Below are positions 45,557 through 54,306 of a DNA stretch of 64,000 bases, in pieces. Under the pieces are notes generated by a model, which was not told the origin of the DNA, made no database searches, and was given only the letters and a program-made list of their open reading frames with translations. The stretch spans positions 288,317 to 352,316 of the forward strand of contig PBLQ01000001.1 in NCBI GenBank assembly GCA_002721815.1, written 5' to 3'. This stretch comes from Myxococcales bacterium (lineage in GTDB: Bacteria > Myxococcota > UBA727 > GCA-2721815). Within the stretch, counting starts at the first letter, position 1. Every line of letters begins with the position of its first letter. The position numbers and the translations under genes were made by a program.

Positions 45557-46861
45557 TTAGGCACTGCCCATGATCAAACCAGCCACCAACATCAGACTCA
45601 CCAAAGACTGTAAAATGATGGTATTTCGATTCGCGGTAATGAGGCTTCTCTTCTGAAAGTCCCGAAAACAAAGGTAAATGCTGTGCAATGCCATGGGCAG
45701 CAACAAACAGGCCAACAGTGCGCCACTGTTGAACAGACCCGTCTGAACCAACCCAATCACCGCCGCAAAGGCCCCGAGCATAATGCCGGCGTAGCCGAAG
45801 CGAGAAGCTGAAACGCCCAGGGTGACCACCAGATTGTTTTTTCCAGTGGCCTTATCACCAGCATAATCGGGAAACTGGTTGATCCAGAGGATACCGGTGG
45901 TCAAAAGACCTAGGGGCAATCCCATCCAGAAAGCGTTCATGTCGATTTGCCCGGAAAGTGCAGCCACGGTTCCCAAGGTGAGTAGAGGGCCAAAGCACAG
46001 ACCAATGGTGAGCTCGCCCAATCCCCGGCGTGCAATCAGCCGCAAGGGGGGGGCCGTATAGAAGAATCCCAATAAGGCGCCCAGCAATCCCACTTGAGCG
46101 ATGGCCGCACCATATTGCATCACCAATGGGATGCCGCAGACCACCGCAAAGCCCGTTAAAATCGTAGCTAAACGAAACTGCCCTTTTGGAGTGATGAGGC
46201 CCAACTCCACGGACCGGGAACCGCCGGAAAAGGGAAGAAAATAATCGTTATTGGCGTCGTCAGCACCGGACTTGCCATCGAAGTAGTCATTGAACACGTT
46301 CGCCGACAAGTGCAGAAAAATAACGCCGAATAAAGTGAGCCAAAAATTGAGCCAGGGGAAAGCTTGTGAGCCGTTGTACGCCAACCAGACGCCCGCGACC
46401 ACCACCGGGAAAATGCTGGCCGAGAGAAAGGGCGCACGCATGATTACCAACGCCGCAAAAATGCGGGTCATCACGGAAATGGGCGGCATCACTGTTTGGG
46501 GATCCACCTCTGGGACCGGAATCGTCACCCCACAGTAGCCTATTTGCTGACCATCTTTTTTGGTGGGGGTGATTCGAATGTCACAAGCAATGGGCGAGCC
46601 GTCTTTGCGAAGGAACTGGGTTCGGGTCTCAAATTGGCCTTGCTCTACGGCCGTCTTGAGCCACGACTCAATGTGTTCCAGCACCACCAAACCCGGCGAA
46701 AACAAGCTGACACGCTTTTTGCCAATCACCTCTTCGGGTGCGTAACCGAACAGTTCTGCAGCTCCGGGACTGAAAGTCTCGATGCGGCCCTCCAAATCGC
46801 AGGTAATAACGCTCTTTGCGGATGCGGTGGAATTCATACAATTGCTCCTTTTCTGGTTCAC
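45557..46861 (-). CDS. PAS-domain-fused UbiA-superfamily prenyltransferase (MenA-like 1,4-dihydroxy-2-naphthoate polyprenyltransferase type)
   Basis: N-terminal PAS: ITCDLEGRIETFSPGAAELFGYAPEEVIGKKRVSLFSP...DGSPIACDIRITPTKKDGQQIGYCGV. Then about 8 TM helices with Asp-rich motif LHLSANVFNDYFDGKSGAD (NDYxDxxxD, MenA-like) and a second motif region. The true start may be the internal Met (MNSTASAK, 46837), as the 46861 start is GTG and overlaps a palindrome. Confidence 0.7.
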   Translation of the reverse strand: MNQKRSNCMNSTASAKSVITCDLEGRIETFSPGAAELFGYAPEEVIGKKRVSLFSPGLVVLEHIESWLKTAVEQGQFETRTQFLRKDGSPIACDIRITPTKKDGQQIGYCGVTIPVPEVDPQTVMPPISVMTRIFAALVIMRAPFLSASIFPVVVAGVWLAYNGSQAFPWLNFWLTLFGVIFLHLSANVFNDYFDGKSGADDANNDYFLPFSGGSRSVELGLITPKGQFRLATILTGFAVVCGIPLVMQYGAAIAQVGLLGALLGFFYTAPPLRLIARRGLGELTIGLCFGPLLTLGTVAALSGQIDMNAFWMGLPLGLLTTGILWINQFPDYAGDKATGKNNLVVTLGVSASRFGYAGIMLGAFAAVIGLVQTGLFNSGALLACLLLPMALHSIYLCFRDFQKRSLITANRNTIILQSLVSLMLVAGLIMGSA

Positions 46862-46874
46862 AGCTCCGTGAACC
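46855..46874. promoter_or_regulatory. Perfect inverted repeat GGTTCAC-N6-GTGAACC at the 5' end of the PAS-UbiA gene. Candidate operator, with a related half-site pair at 46944-46962 in front of the divergent polyprenyl synthase gene.
   Basis: ggttcac agctcc gtgaacc, with 7-bp arms that are exact reverse complements. The second copy, ggttcaaggttatgtgaac, carries GTTCA-N9-TGAAC and lies immediately upstream of ATG 46966. Confidence 0.35.
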
Positions 46875-46956
46875 TGATATAAACAATCGAGGATTTCAAG
46901 GTATTCCCAGAGGATTTTCGGGGAATATTTACCTAATCTAATCGGTTCAAGGTTAT

Positions 46957-47955
46957 GTGAACAAAATGCATTCGCCCAGTCCTAATACAGAAGCCTTTTC
47001 AAAGCTTTCCGCCCTATTCGAAGCGTGGGTTCATGAAACGACAACCCTGAACAATACCCGTGTGGCCCGGATCATTCGTTTGGTCTTGTTAGACTCCAAA
47101 GGCAGCTGGCTTCGCCCCCAACTGGTTTTCGGGCTGGGAGACGCCCTAGGGCATGGGCTCGATGAGCTCCTGCCCATCGCCGCGGCCGCAGAAATGATGC
47201 ATTGCGCCTCGTTGTTGCACGACGATGTTATTGACGAAGGGTTTTCACGCCGAGGCAATCCCACCGCCAATGCGCTGCATGGCAATGTGGCTGCGGTTCT
47301 GTGTGGTGATGTATTAATGGCTCAAGCCATGACCCTCTTGTCAGAGCAAGCCCCAAAGGCCATTCCTCACGCGGCCAAAACCATCGCCGAACTGTCAAAC
47401 AGTGCGCTTATGGAGCAAGACTTACGGTACCGCAGCGATGTTGCCATGTGCGATTGGCGCACGGTGGCTGAACAAAAAACAGGGAGCCTTTTGGGCTTTT
47501 GTCTCAGCAGCCTCTTGCCCCCCCAACAGACTCAACAAGCTTTTGAGCTGGGGTACCTTTTGGGACAGTTTTTTCAGTTGTGCGATGACCTTAAAGATTT
47601 TCACGACACAGGCACAGGGAAACCTCCCTACCAAGATCTCAACAACGGAAACCCCAATTGGGTCACACTCACCCTGGCTGAACAATCGACCGGTTTTCGC
47701 CAAGAACTCCGACATTTTTGGGCCTCAACCAAATCTTTGCAGGAGGGCACGTCTTTCACCCAGCGATGGGATTTTCGCACGGTGGCGCTGCAAGGGCTGC
47801 AACGGGTCAAAGACCTTAACGGTGAGATCCACCAGCTGGGCCGTGTGCTTTTCAATGATGAAGGGCAAAACTTACTCGAGCAGTGGCTGAATCAAGTCAA
47901 CCAAAAAGCGCAGAAACACTTGGTTTCGGAACCAGCCTTAGAGGTTGCGCTGTAA
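46957..47955 (+). CDS. trans-Polyprenyl diphosphate synthase (long-chain isoprenyl diphosphate synthase, IspB/HepT-like)
   Basis: First Asp-rich motif LLHDDVIDEGFSRRG (DDxxD + R). Second motif FQLCDDLKD (DDxxD). The GTG at 46957 is the longest start; ATG at 46966 (MHSPS...) may be the true start. Confidence 0.85.
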   Translation: MNKMHSPSPNTEAFSKLSALFEAWVHETTTLNNTRVARIIRLVLLDSKGSWLRPQLVFGLGDALGHGLDELLPIAAAAEMMHCASLLHDDVIDEGFSRRGNPTANALHGNVAAVLCGDVLMAQAMTLLSEQAPKAIPHAAKTIAELSNSALMEQDLRYRSDVAMCDWRTVAEQKTGSLLGFCLSSLLPPQQTQQAFELGYLLGQFFQLCDDLKDFHDTGTGKPPYQDLNNGNPNWVTLTLAEQSTGFRQELRHFWASTKSLQEGTSFTQRWDFRTVALQGLQRVKDLNGEIHQLGRVLFNDEGQNLLEQWLNQVNQKAQKHLVSEPALEVAL

Positions 47956-48555
47956 TCGCGTCAAGTCCAACCGCGCCGTTCTCAAAAAAACGCGAATGGC
48001 GCGCAAGACATTCTCACCAGAACGCCTCATGCGGGCCACCCGCTGTAACGTGGCTCTCGACGCTGGTGCATGATAAGACAGAGAGTTCTCCACGGCCTTT
48101 AAGGCCAAAATCACCTTCTCTAAGACCATCAACTCTCGTTTTTGAAAAACCAAAGCAATCATTTCTAAAAGATTGGTGTTTGCTGAAAAGACCATGGCCC
48201 GTTGGCCTTCCACGCTATGCCGCTGTACCACCCGCCACTCTTCGAGGTCTTTAAGCAGTTGCGACACGCCCCCCTTAGACATGGAAAAAGCATTTTGAAT
48301 CTCTTTCGCGGTCATGGGTAAATCTCGTAAATACAGAACGGTCCAAATTTGGCCGTGCCCTTTTTTGAACCCCCAAAAGGCAATAAGTTCGCCCACCGCT
48401 TCCGCTGCACGAATTTCCTCATCACTGAGCTCACCGCTCCCATTGGGCAGATAGGAGGCGCCTGATTGGTAACCTTTCATCGTCGTATCTGCTGCCTTTC
48501 TGAAACCAGAGGCTGGATTAAAATCGTCTTCAATGGGTATCAACACTGGCAACAT
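47938..48555 (-). CDS. Winged-helix transcriptional regulator (MarR/GbsR-like)
   Basis: wHTH-like segment ...IAFWGFKKGHGQIWTVLYLRDLPMTAKEIQNAFSMSKGGVSQLLKDLEEWRVVQRH. Small size. An 18-nt convergent overlap with the synthase gene end. Confidence 0.5.
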   Translation of the reverse strand: MLPVLIPIEDDFNPASGFRKAADTTMKGYQSGASYLPNGSGELSDEEIRAAEAVGELIAFWGFKKGHGQIWTVLYLRDLPMTAKEIQNAFSMSKGGVSQLLKDLEEWRVVQRHSVEGQRAMVFSANTNLLEMIALVFQKRELMVLEKVILALKAVENSLSYHAPASRATLQRVARMRRSGENVLRAIRVFLRTARLDLTRLQRNL

Positions 48556-48697
48556 AGCAGCGAACGATGCCCTTGTGAACAGCGCTCCCGGGTTTTATTT
48601 ACCTGACGAAGCTTTGCCGCACGACCGATTGATCATTTGTACGAAGCTGATAGCCTACGCTCTGGAATCTCGCTTACTCTAAAACGAATGGTGCAAA

Positions 48698-49192
48698 ATG
48701 ATCCTCAAGTATTCAATTCTCGTTGCGGGACTGACTGTTGTTTCGGCATGCGGTGACACGACGGGCGTGACCGAACCCGATGCCACCGTTGAAGATGCAC
48801 CCTTGGACTTTTTTAACAGTCCCGATGACGATGCCATGATGGACGCAGGGGAAAGCTCTTGGGCAATAGATGATCTCACCAGCGATGCAGGGGAGATGAC
48901 CTACGCGGACGATCCCGATGGTGGCGCCACCGATGAATACGGCGGTGAATCTGACAGCGGCTACGGTGACAACGGCTACGGTGACAGCGGCTACGGTGAC
49001 AACGGCTACGGTGACAACGGCTACGGTGACAATGGCTACGGCAGTGGGTACGACAGCGGCTATGACAGCGGCTACGGCGGCAGCAGCGGTACCAATGATG
49101 GCTACGGCAGTGGATACGACAGCGGATACAGTGACAGCAGCGGTACCAATGGTGGTTACGGCAGTGGGTATGACAGCGGCTATGGCGGTTAG
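48698..49192 (+). CDS. Lipoprotein with a Gly/Tyr/Asp/Ser-rich low-complexity repeat region
   Basis: Signal + lipobox MILKYSILVAGLTVVSAC. Acidic stretch, then (GYGDN/GYGDS)n and (GYDSGY...GSSGTN)n repeats. Confidence 0.65.
   Translation: MILKYSILVAGLTVVSACGDTTGVTEPDATVEDAPLDFFNSPDDDAMMDAGESSWAIDDLTSDAGEMTYADDPDGGATDEYGGESDSGYGDNGYGDSGYGDNGYGDNGYGDNGYGSGYDSGYDSGYGGSSGTNDGYGSGYDSGYSDSSGTNGGYGSGYDSGYGG
48958..49190 (+). repeat. 15-nt tandem repeat (ggctacggtgacaac/agc, about 6 copies), followed by degenerate 12-18-nt repeats encoding GYGDN / SGYDSGYG
   Basis: Directly visible: ggctacggtgacaacggctacggtgacagcggctacggtgacaacggctacggtgacaacggctacggtgacaatggctacggc... Confidence 0.85.
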
Positions 49193-49222
49193 CCCAACTG
49201 GTGCAATCGCCCAAAAAGTTTT

Positions 49223-50614
49223 CTAGTCGAACCGGCTCTCCAAATACAGCGACCAACCCTGAATCGTGATGCCCGAACTCGAGGATGCGTCTTCAATACC
49301 CCCGTCCACGGCGGGCGCTTTTATTGATAAGGTCCATAGCCCATTAACATCTTCATCGCCTGGAGGCCGAATGGTGATACCTGTGGTCAGTGATTCAAAG
49401 GCCTCAGAAAGGTCTGTAATGCTGCCGTTAGGGTTCACCAAACTGTATTCAAAATCGGCGGTCAACCCACCCGATGTTTTGAGCGTGATAATGGCCCCTT
49501 CGGGAACCGTGGCCAAACCACAGGCCGCTAAAGTGCTGACAACAGTTTCACCACTTCCAGGCGCAGGGAGAACAACGGCTTCATTACTGAAAAATGCATT
49601 GCCCATCCACCCCGGATCACACGTGGGCGTGCCCCAGCCTTCGCCCATCAAATCCCCAACACACACCAGGTCTTCACCGCACGGTCCGTCTGAGGTATCG
49701 CAATTTTCGCCCTCACCAGGAATGGTCACACCGTTTTCCAGGCATTGACCCTTCGCTACCGCCCCAGAACTCACCGCACCCTGACATCGATAGCCAGCCA
49801 AACAGTCAGCAGACGAGTTGCACCCGTACTCACAGGTATTCGGCGCCATCAAACTGTCCACCAGGTCTTGATAGGCGGCCGCGCTGGTGGCCATTGAAGT
49901 ATTGCCACAACTCAGATTTCCCGTTTGCTCCAACGCTTCATCGCCCTCCATAAAAATCCAACGACTGTAGGCCCCGACACATCCTTCATCGGCTTCGTGG
50001 GTGGAGAGGTAATCTTCACACACAGATTGGATGAAAGCCTGGTTATCCAATGCAAAGACTTCAAAATGCCGCTGTGTGGCCACGCACGTATTGTCTGGCC
50101 CTTCCGGCGAAGAACCTTGTAAACTTTCAACAATGCGGCCGTCAGCATGAAAGGTCACAGAATTTTGAGGCCCGCAAGGACCACTGGTACCACCCCATCG
50201 CCACACCACCGCATCAAGGGTTGCACAGCTCAGCGTCGCCTGTTGCCCACCCGCATCGACCACTGGTTCATCAATATCATCGGCACTACCGGCGTCGAGC
50301 AATTCCCCATTCGTTGATCCCGTCGTAGCGCCGGCATCAGAACTGCTGCCATCGGTTGAACCGTCGGTGCCGCCGGAGTCAACCACATTACCATCAACGA
50401 CACCATCGGCACCTCCCGAATCAAACACATCGCCATCTAATGCGCCGTCAACATTCCCATCCACAGATCCGTCAGTGCTACCTGCATCTTTTTCAGAATC
50501 GGTCACGGTTTCTTCCGGCTCATAGGGCTCGTTGGGGTCCTCGTTGTTTTCTGGACAGCCGGTCAACACCATGCAGACAGAAGCCAGCACTAAAAATGAT
50601 CTTAATTTTTTCAT
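49223..50614 (-). CDS. Secreted lipoprotein, hypothetical, with a DG(S/N)VDG-type acidic repeat region and a Cys-rich C-terminal domain
   Basis: ATG at 50614 (cat at 50612-50614 on the plus strand), with aagga-like RBS. The longest ORF extends to 50695 but lacks a signal peptide there. MKKLRSFLVLASVCMVLTGC lipobox. Repeats GSTDGSVDGNVDGALDGDVFDSGGADGVVDGNVVDSGGTDGSTDGSSSDAG. Confidence 0.65.
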   Translation of the reverse strand: MKKLRSFLVLASVCMVLTGCPENNEDPNEPYEPEETVTDSEKDAGSTDGSVDGNVDGALDGDVFDSGGADGVVDGNVVDSGGTDGSTDGSSSDAGATTGSTNGELLDAGSADDIDEPVVDAGGQQATLSCATLDAVVWRWGGTSGPCGPQNSVTFHADGRIVESLQGSSPEGPDNTCVATQRHFEVFALDNQAFIQSVCEDYLSTHEADEGCVGAYSRWIFMEGDEALEQTGNLSCGNTSMATSAAAYQDLVDSLMAPNTCEYGCNSSADCLAGYRCQGAVSSGAVAKGQCLENGVTIPGEGENCDTSDGPCGEDLVCVGDLMGEGWGTPTCDPGWMGNAFFSNEAVVLPAPGSGETVVSTLAACGLATVPEGAIITLKTSGGLTADFEYSLVNPNGSITDLSEAFESLTTGITIRPPGDEDVNGLWTLSIKAPAVDGGIEDASSSSGITIQGWSLYLESRFD

Positions 50615-50633
50615 GTTCGTTCCTTTAAAAAGT

Positions 50634-52244
50634 TTATTGGCTTGCCGACGCGTTTTCCGGCAAAGACATATCGATGTTGAACTTAAATGTGACATCCTCG
50701 TCGGTGGCCACTTGGTAACCCCTCATCGGCTCAAAATGCGTCAAGCTGCCAATCCATGTGCCATCGTCTTGTTTAAAAGTCCCCAGTCCTCCGGTGATGA
50801 TCGAATTGAGTTTTGCTTGCACCTCTGGCGGAATGGCACCCACCTCATCACCGGTATCAAAAACGCGTTGTCTGGCGAGCCCGGGAAAAGAAATCCAGTT
50901 GGTTTGATCATCACAATTCCAGGTGTAGTCATTTTCACCTTCGCACAACATGCCCGCACACGTTTCGCCTGCCTGGGAGCAGTCGTTTAATAAACCGGCC
51001 ACTTGAACAGTCACGGTGTATTCGCGGTCGAAGTTCGGTACCCCCGGCATGCTCCATAACATCTGGGCACTCGGGCTCACCCAAAAACTGTCCTTAGGCC
51101 CCAAGGTGCCGGCAACCAGTTCACCGACCCAGTTGTCATCGTCGTCTCGGACGACCTTCACGCGTCCGCCGATAATATGATTGAACCGGTCTTCAGCCAA
51201 AAGAAGCTCGGCCAAATCCAAATTAGCAGGTAAATCGTAAGCCACCGAAACAAGATTGTTGCCAGCAGCTAAACAGGAACAATTCCCTGAGCATTCCGCG
51301 AGGCATGAATCACTACAAGGGTCTTCTGCGCTACAACCGCTGCACGCATTGGTCTCTTCGTCACAAATCGGGGTTGTGCCGTAACATGGCGTCGTCCCAG
51401 GCCCACAGGCGCCACCGGTACAAATCTCTGCGCCATTACAAAAAAACCCATCTGAACAATGAATGTTTTCTGTACACGCGACACATGTATCAGTCTGCTC
51501 ATCGCAGAACGCCAAATCCCCCGTACACGGATCTCCGCCCGGTTCGCAATTGTTTGCGTTACAGACTTCAGCGCCATTGCAAAATTCGCCATCGTCGCAA
51601 TCTGAATTTTCGGTGCATTCGATGGGTGCGCCGTTACACATACCGGTGGGCTCATGACAGCCGTATTCACACTCTTCAATTTCACCTTCGTATTGGCATT
51701 GGCCATCCACACATTCACCGACGTGGTTGTAAATTAACCGGGCGGTGGCGGTAATACACGTGGCAGCGGGCGGTGAATCACATGCCCCGCAAATCAATTC
51801 TTCGTAAGCCACGCCTTTGAGCTGCAAAGTTAAATCATCAGCATTAATGGCATCAGACTCAACCCTTAAAATTCCTTCATGGGCCCCGGCATGGGTGGGA
51901 GAGAAAAAAACATCCACCTTACGATCGCTGTTACCAGGGACCGTAACCGAAGCCTCTGCGGTGCTAAAATGCGCATCGGTGGGCTCTAGGGACATGGCCG
52001 TCACTTCCACCGCCTCGATGCCATGAGTGGTAAAAGTAATGGTCCGCTTTAAATTTCCACCGACCGCTGCGGGGCCGAAATCCACCAAATCGGTGTTGAG
52101 CAATAACTTGGAACGCTCCTGACGAACGAATGTTTCTCCTTCACAAGCCGATATCAACAAGACACCACAAACCATTCCCAAAAAGACATTTCGTCCAATC
52201 TTCATATGCCTACCCCAAAACGTATTGCCCCTGGTTTTTAACAC
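50634..52244 (-). CDS. Secreted family member (Ig-like 'choice-of-anchor D'-like module plus Cys module) with C-terminal Cys-rich CxDGxFCNGAExC repeats
   Basis: Probable start at the internal Met (MKIGRNVFLGMVCGVLLISAC, about 52205). LLNTDLVDFGPAAVGGNLKRTITFTTHGIEAVEVTAMSLEPTDAHFS...ILRVESDAINADDLTLQLKGVAYEELICGACDSPPAATCITATARLIYNHVGECVDGQCQYEGEIEECEYGCHEPTGMC. Then CTENSDCDDGEFCNGAEVCNANNCEPGGDPCTG / CTENIHCSDGFFCNGAEICTGGACGPGTTPC repeats. Note: my manual indexing of the printed start-codon region is 1 nt off from the ORF-track end; the track coordinate is retained. Confidence 0.7.
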   Translation of the reverse strand: MLKTRGNTFWGRHMKIGRNVFLGMVCGVLLISACEGETFVRQERSKLLLNTDLVDFGPAAVGGNLKRTITFTTHGIEAVEVTAMSLEPTDAHFSTAEASVTVPGNSDRKVDVFFSPTHAGAHEGILRVESDAINADDLTLQLKGVAYEELICGACDSPPAATCITATARLIYNHVGECVDGQCQYEGEIEECEYGCHEPTGMCNGAPIECTENSDCDDGEFCNGAEVCNANNCEPGGDPCTGDLAFCDEQTDTCVACTENIHCSDGFFCNGAEICTGGACGPGTTPCYGTTPICDEETNACSGCSAEDPCSDSCLAECSGNCSCLAAGNNLVSVAYDLPANLDLAELLLAEDRFNHIIGGRVKVVRDDDDNWVGELVAGTLGPKDSFWVSPSAQMLWSMPGVPNFDREYTVTVQVAGLLNDCSQAGETCAGMLCEGENDYTWNCDDQTNWISFPGLARQRVFDTGDEVGAIPPEVQAKLNSIITGGLGTFKQDDGTWIGSLTHFEPMRGYQVATDEDVTFKFNIDMSLPENASASQ

Positions 52245-52359
52245 GAATCCCTTTTATCGCCTAAAAGTGCAGCCCTAGAAGCTTTTCTTTTGGCTGAGCA
52301 ATGTAAATTCTCGCTTTTTAGCCCCTGATCCCGGTACATAGTCGGAAAGGACAACGTTC

Positions 52360-52818
52360 ATGCCGCTGTATTTTGCTTACGGTTCCAACCTAGATGTCGC
52401 CCAAATGGAAGCGCGTTGCGATGCGCCCACCCTGGTTGGAATTGCATTTTTGGCCCATCACCGTTTTGTATTCGCCGGAACCAGTCCCAACCGTGAAAAC
52501 ATGGGAGTGGGCAGCATGCGCGTCGCGCACAACCACCAACTGGCAGGTGTCATTTGGTCCATCACCGATGCGGACCTGAAAGCCTTAGATGGTCGCGAGG
52601 GTTTTCCCAGTCGTTATCAACGCGAACTCATGCCAGTCACAGACCTGCAAGGGCAGCAGCACCAAGCCCATGTCTATTTTAAAAAAGACGATGTGCCATT
52701 GAATCCCCCCTGCCAATCCTATCTGTTGCAGGTCTTGCAAGCCTACGAGTATCACGGGTTCGATTCAGAAATTGTGCATCGAGCCAATGATGAAGCCAAG
52801 GCAGCGGTGCACAACTAA
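52360..52818 (+). CDS. Gamma-glutamyl cyclotransferase-like (AIG2/GGCT family) protein
   Basis: N-terminal YFAYGSNL motif (family hallmark YxxYGSN(L/M)); about 150 aa; RBS aaagga upstream of ATG 52360. Confidence 0.75.
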   Translation: MPLYFAYGSNLDVAQMEARCDAPTLVGIAFLAHHRFVFAGTSPNRENMGVGSMRVAHNHQLAGVIWSITDADLKALDGREGFPSRYQRELMPVTDLQGQQHQAHVYFKKDDVPLNPPCQSYLLQVLQAYEYHGFDSEIVHRANDEAKAAVHN

Positions 52819-54095
52819 GCAGGTACCGCTTCGAGACCGGCGTAGCATTCTCGCAACGAGGCCTCCCACTCTTGCATGCAGGCTTTGGCCGCTTTCTTTT
52901 TGGCGCGAAAAGCACGCTTGAGTTCTTTGACCTCGTTTTTGGCGGCTAATTTCAGCTCCTCGGTGGAAGCATCAAAACGTTTGCGCTGGGCATCGGCCCA
53001 TTGCCGCTGGGTGTCGCGCAATTCTTTTAGCGATTCTTCTAAACGGGTCTCTGCATGCTCTAACTGGGTGCGCATGCTGTCCGACAACATTTGGGTCTTT
53101 TCATTCCAATCCTTTTCCCATTGGGCCACTTTTTGCTCTACCTGGGCTCCAAATTCGTCGAGGCGAATGGCCAGTTTAGAGCGGCTCTCTTCAAAACGTC
53201 GGCGCAAGACCATGTCGGGTCGCGCCTTGCGCAAGGAATGGGTAATGCCCAATTTGGAAGCAGTCCAAATCAGCCATTTGCCGGGGTCAAAGTTATACCA
53301 CAACGTACCGTTACGGTAATCAGCCTGAAAAGCGTGGTGATAGTTGTGGTAACCCTCACCGAACGTGAAGAAAGACAAAAACCAATTATCTCGGCTTGTA
53401 TTGGCATCGCTCCATGGCTGAGTGCCCCACATGTGCGCCACAGAATTGATGCAAAAAGTAAACTGATGCACCAAGACCACGCGCAATAGACCCGCAAAAA
53501 TCATCATGCCGAGAACGTCGCCGGTGGCCAAGCCAATGAGAAAAGGGACCCCCAGATTAAAAGCCGTACTAATCAACATGTAATGTTTGTGTTGCCACAC
53601 GCAGACCGGGTCTTTCCAAAGGTCGGGTACATTGTCCAATGCCTCGTGGCGCGGGCCTGTTTTCATGACCCACAAAATATGTGACCATAAAAATCCGCGT
53701 TTGGCGCTGTAAGGGTCGCCTGCCGTGTCCACGTCTCGGTGATGGTATCGGTGGCCGGCACACCACGTGATGATGCTGTTTTGCCAAGCGGCTGCCCCTA
53801 AAATCGCGAACACAAAACGGAACCACGTTGGTGCTTTGTAAGTTCGATGGGAAAACAGTCGATGATACCCCACAGTAATGCCCAAACCAGCTGCCCACCA
53901 CAGCACGAGCGTGGCCACGATGTGGGAAGTTTGAATGGTGTGGGTCATGGCGAACCAAGGCACCAAAATCAAAGCAGCAATGGGCGTGAGGACCAAAAAG
54001 GCCACGTTGCCCCAAACGGTTTTTTCATTGGTGTTGAGGTTAGACAATCTGCTGTTTTGAGCCATCTTGCGTCCTTGTGTGCGCGTGCGGTTCAC
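52815..54095 (-). CDS. Membrane acyl-lipid/acyl-CoA Delta9-type fatty acid desaturase with a C-terminal coiled-coil extension
   Basis: Three His boxes: HRLFSHR, GHRYHHRDVD and GEGYHNYHHAF. Four hydrophobic helices. About 120-aa Glu/Lys/Arg-rich C-terminal tail (ESRSKLAIRLDEFGAQVEQKVAQWEKDW...). Confidence 0.85.
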   Translation of the reverse strand: MNRTRTQGRKMAQNSRLSNLNTNEKTVWGNVAFLVLTPIAALILVPWFAMTHTIQTSHIVATLVLWWAAGLGITVGYHRLFSHRTYKAPTWFRFVFAILGAAAWQNSIITWCAGHRYHHRDVDTAGDPYSAKRGFLWSHILWVMKTGPRHEALDNVPDLWKDPVCVWQHKHYMLISTAFNLGVPFLIGLATGDVLGMMIFAGLLRVVLVHQFTFCINSVAHMWGTQPWSDANTSRDNWFLSFFTFGEGYHNYHHAFQADYRNGTLWYNFDPGKWLIWTASKLGITHSLRKARPDMVLRRRFEESRSKLAIRLDEFGAQVEQKVAQWEKDWNEKTQMLSDSMRTQLEHAETRLEESLKELRDTQRQWADAQRKRFDASTEELKLAAKNEVKELKRAFRAKKKAAKACMQEWEASLRECYAGLEAVPA

Positions 54096-54306
54096 AGCGC
54101 ATTTCGAGATTCATTTTGAACCTGGCTGGAGGTTATGAAAATAAAGCCATTCCGCAATAATTAAATGGCGATTATCGCCAAAACGTTGCAGTGCGTCATA
54201 GTCCCGCACATTAAAAATCTATTTAATTCAGTTGCTTGAGTTGTTTTCAGGGCAGCCCCAAAAGAAGCAAAAGCCAATAAAATTTGGGTCCCCGATCGCC
54301 CGTCAT

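Noticed and set aside
51269-51754. ORFs 51305..51754+ and 51269..51718- inside 50634..52244
   Set aside because: Alternate-frame readings of the Cys-rich CxDGxFCNGAExC repeat region (His/Arg/Cys-rich junk). The minus-strand family-member frame is supported by conserved modules.
52242-52245. Apparent 1-nt discrepancy between my manual indexing of the start codon of 50634..52244 (I read GTG at 52243-52245) and the ORF-track end
   Set aside because: Most likely my counting error in the printed lines rather than a frameshift, since the ORF track gives an uninterrupted 536-aa frame. I kept track coordinates and did not call a pseudogene.
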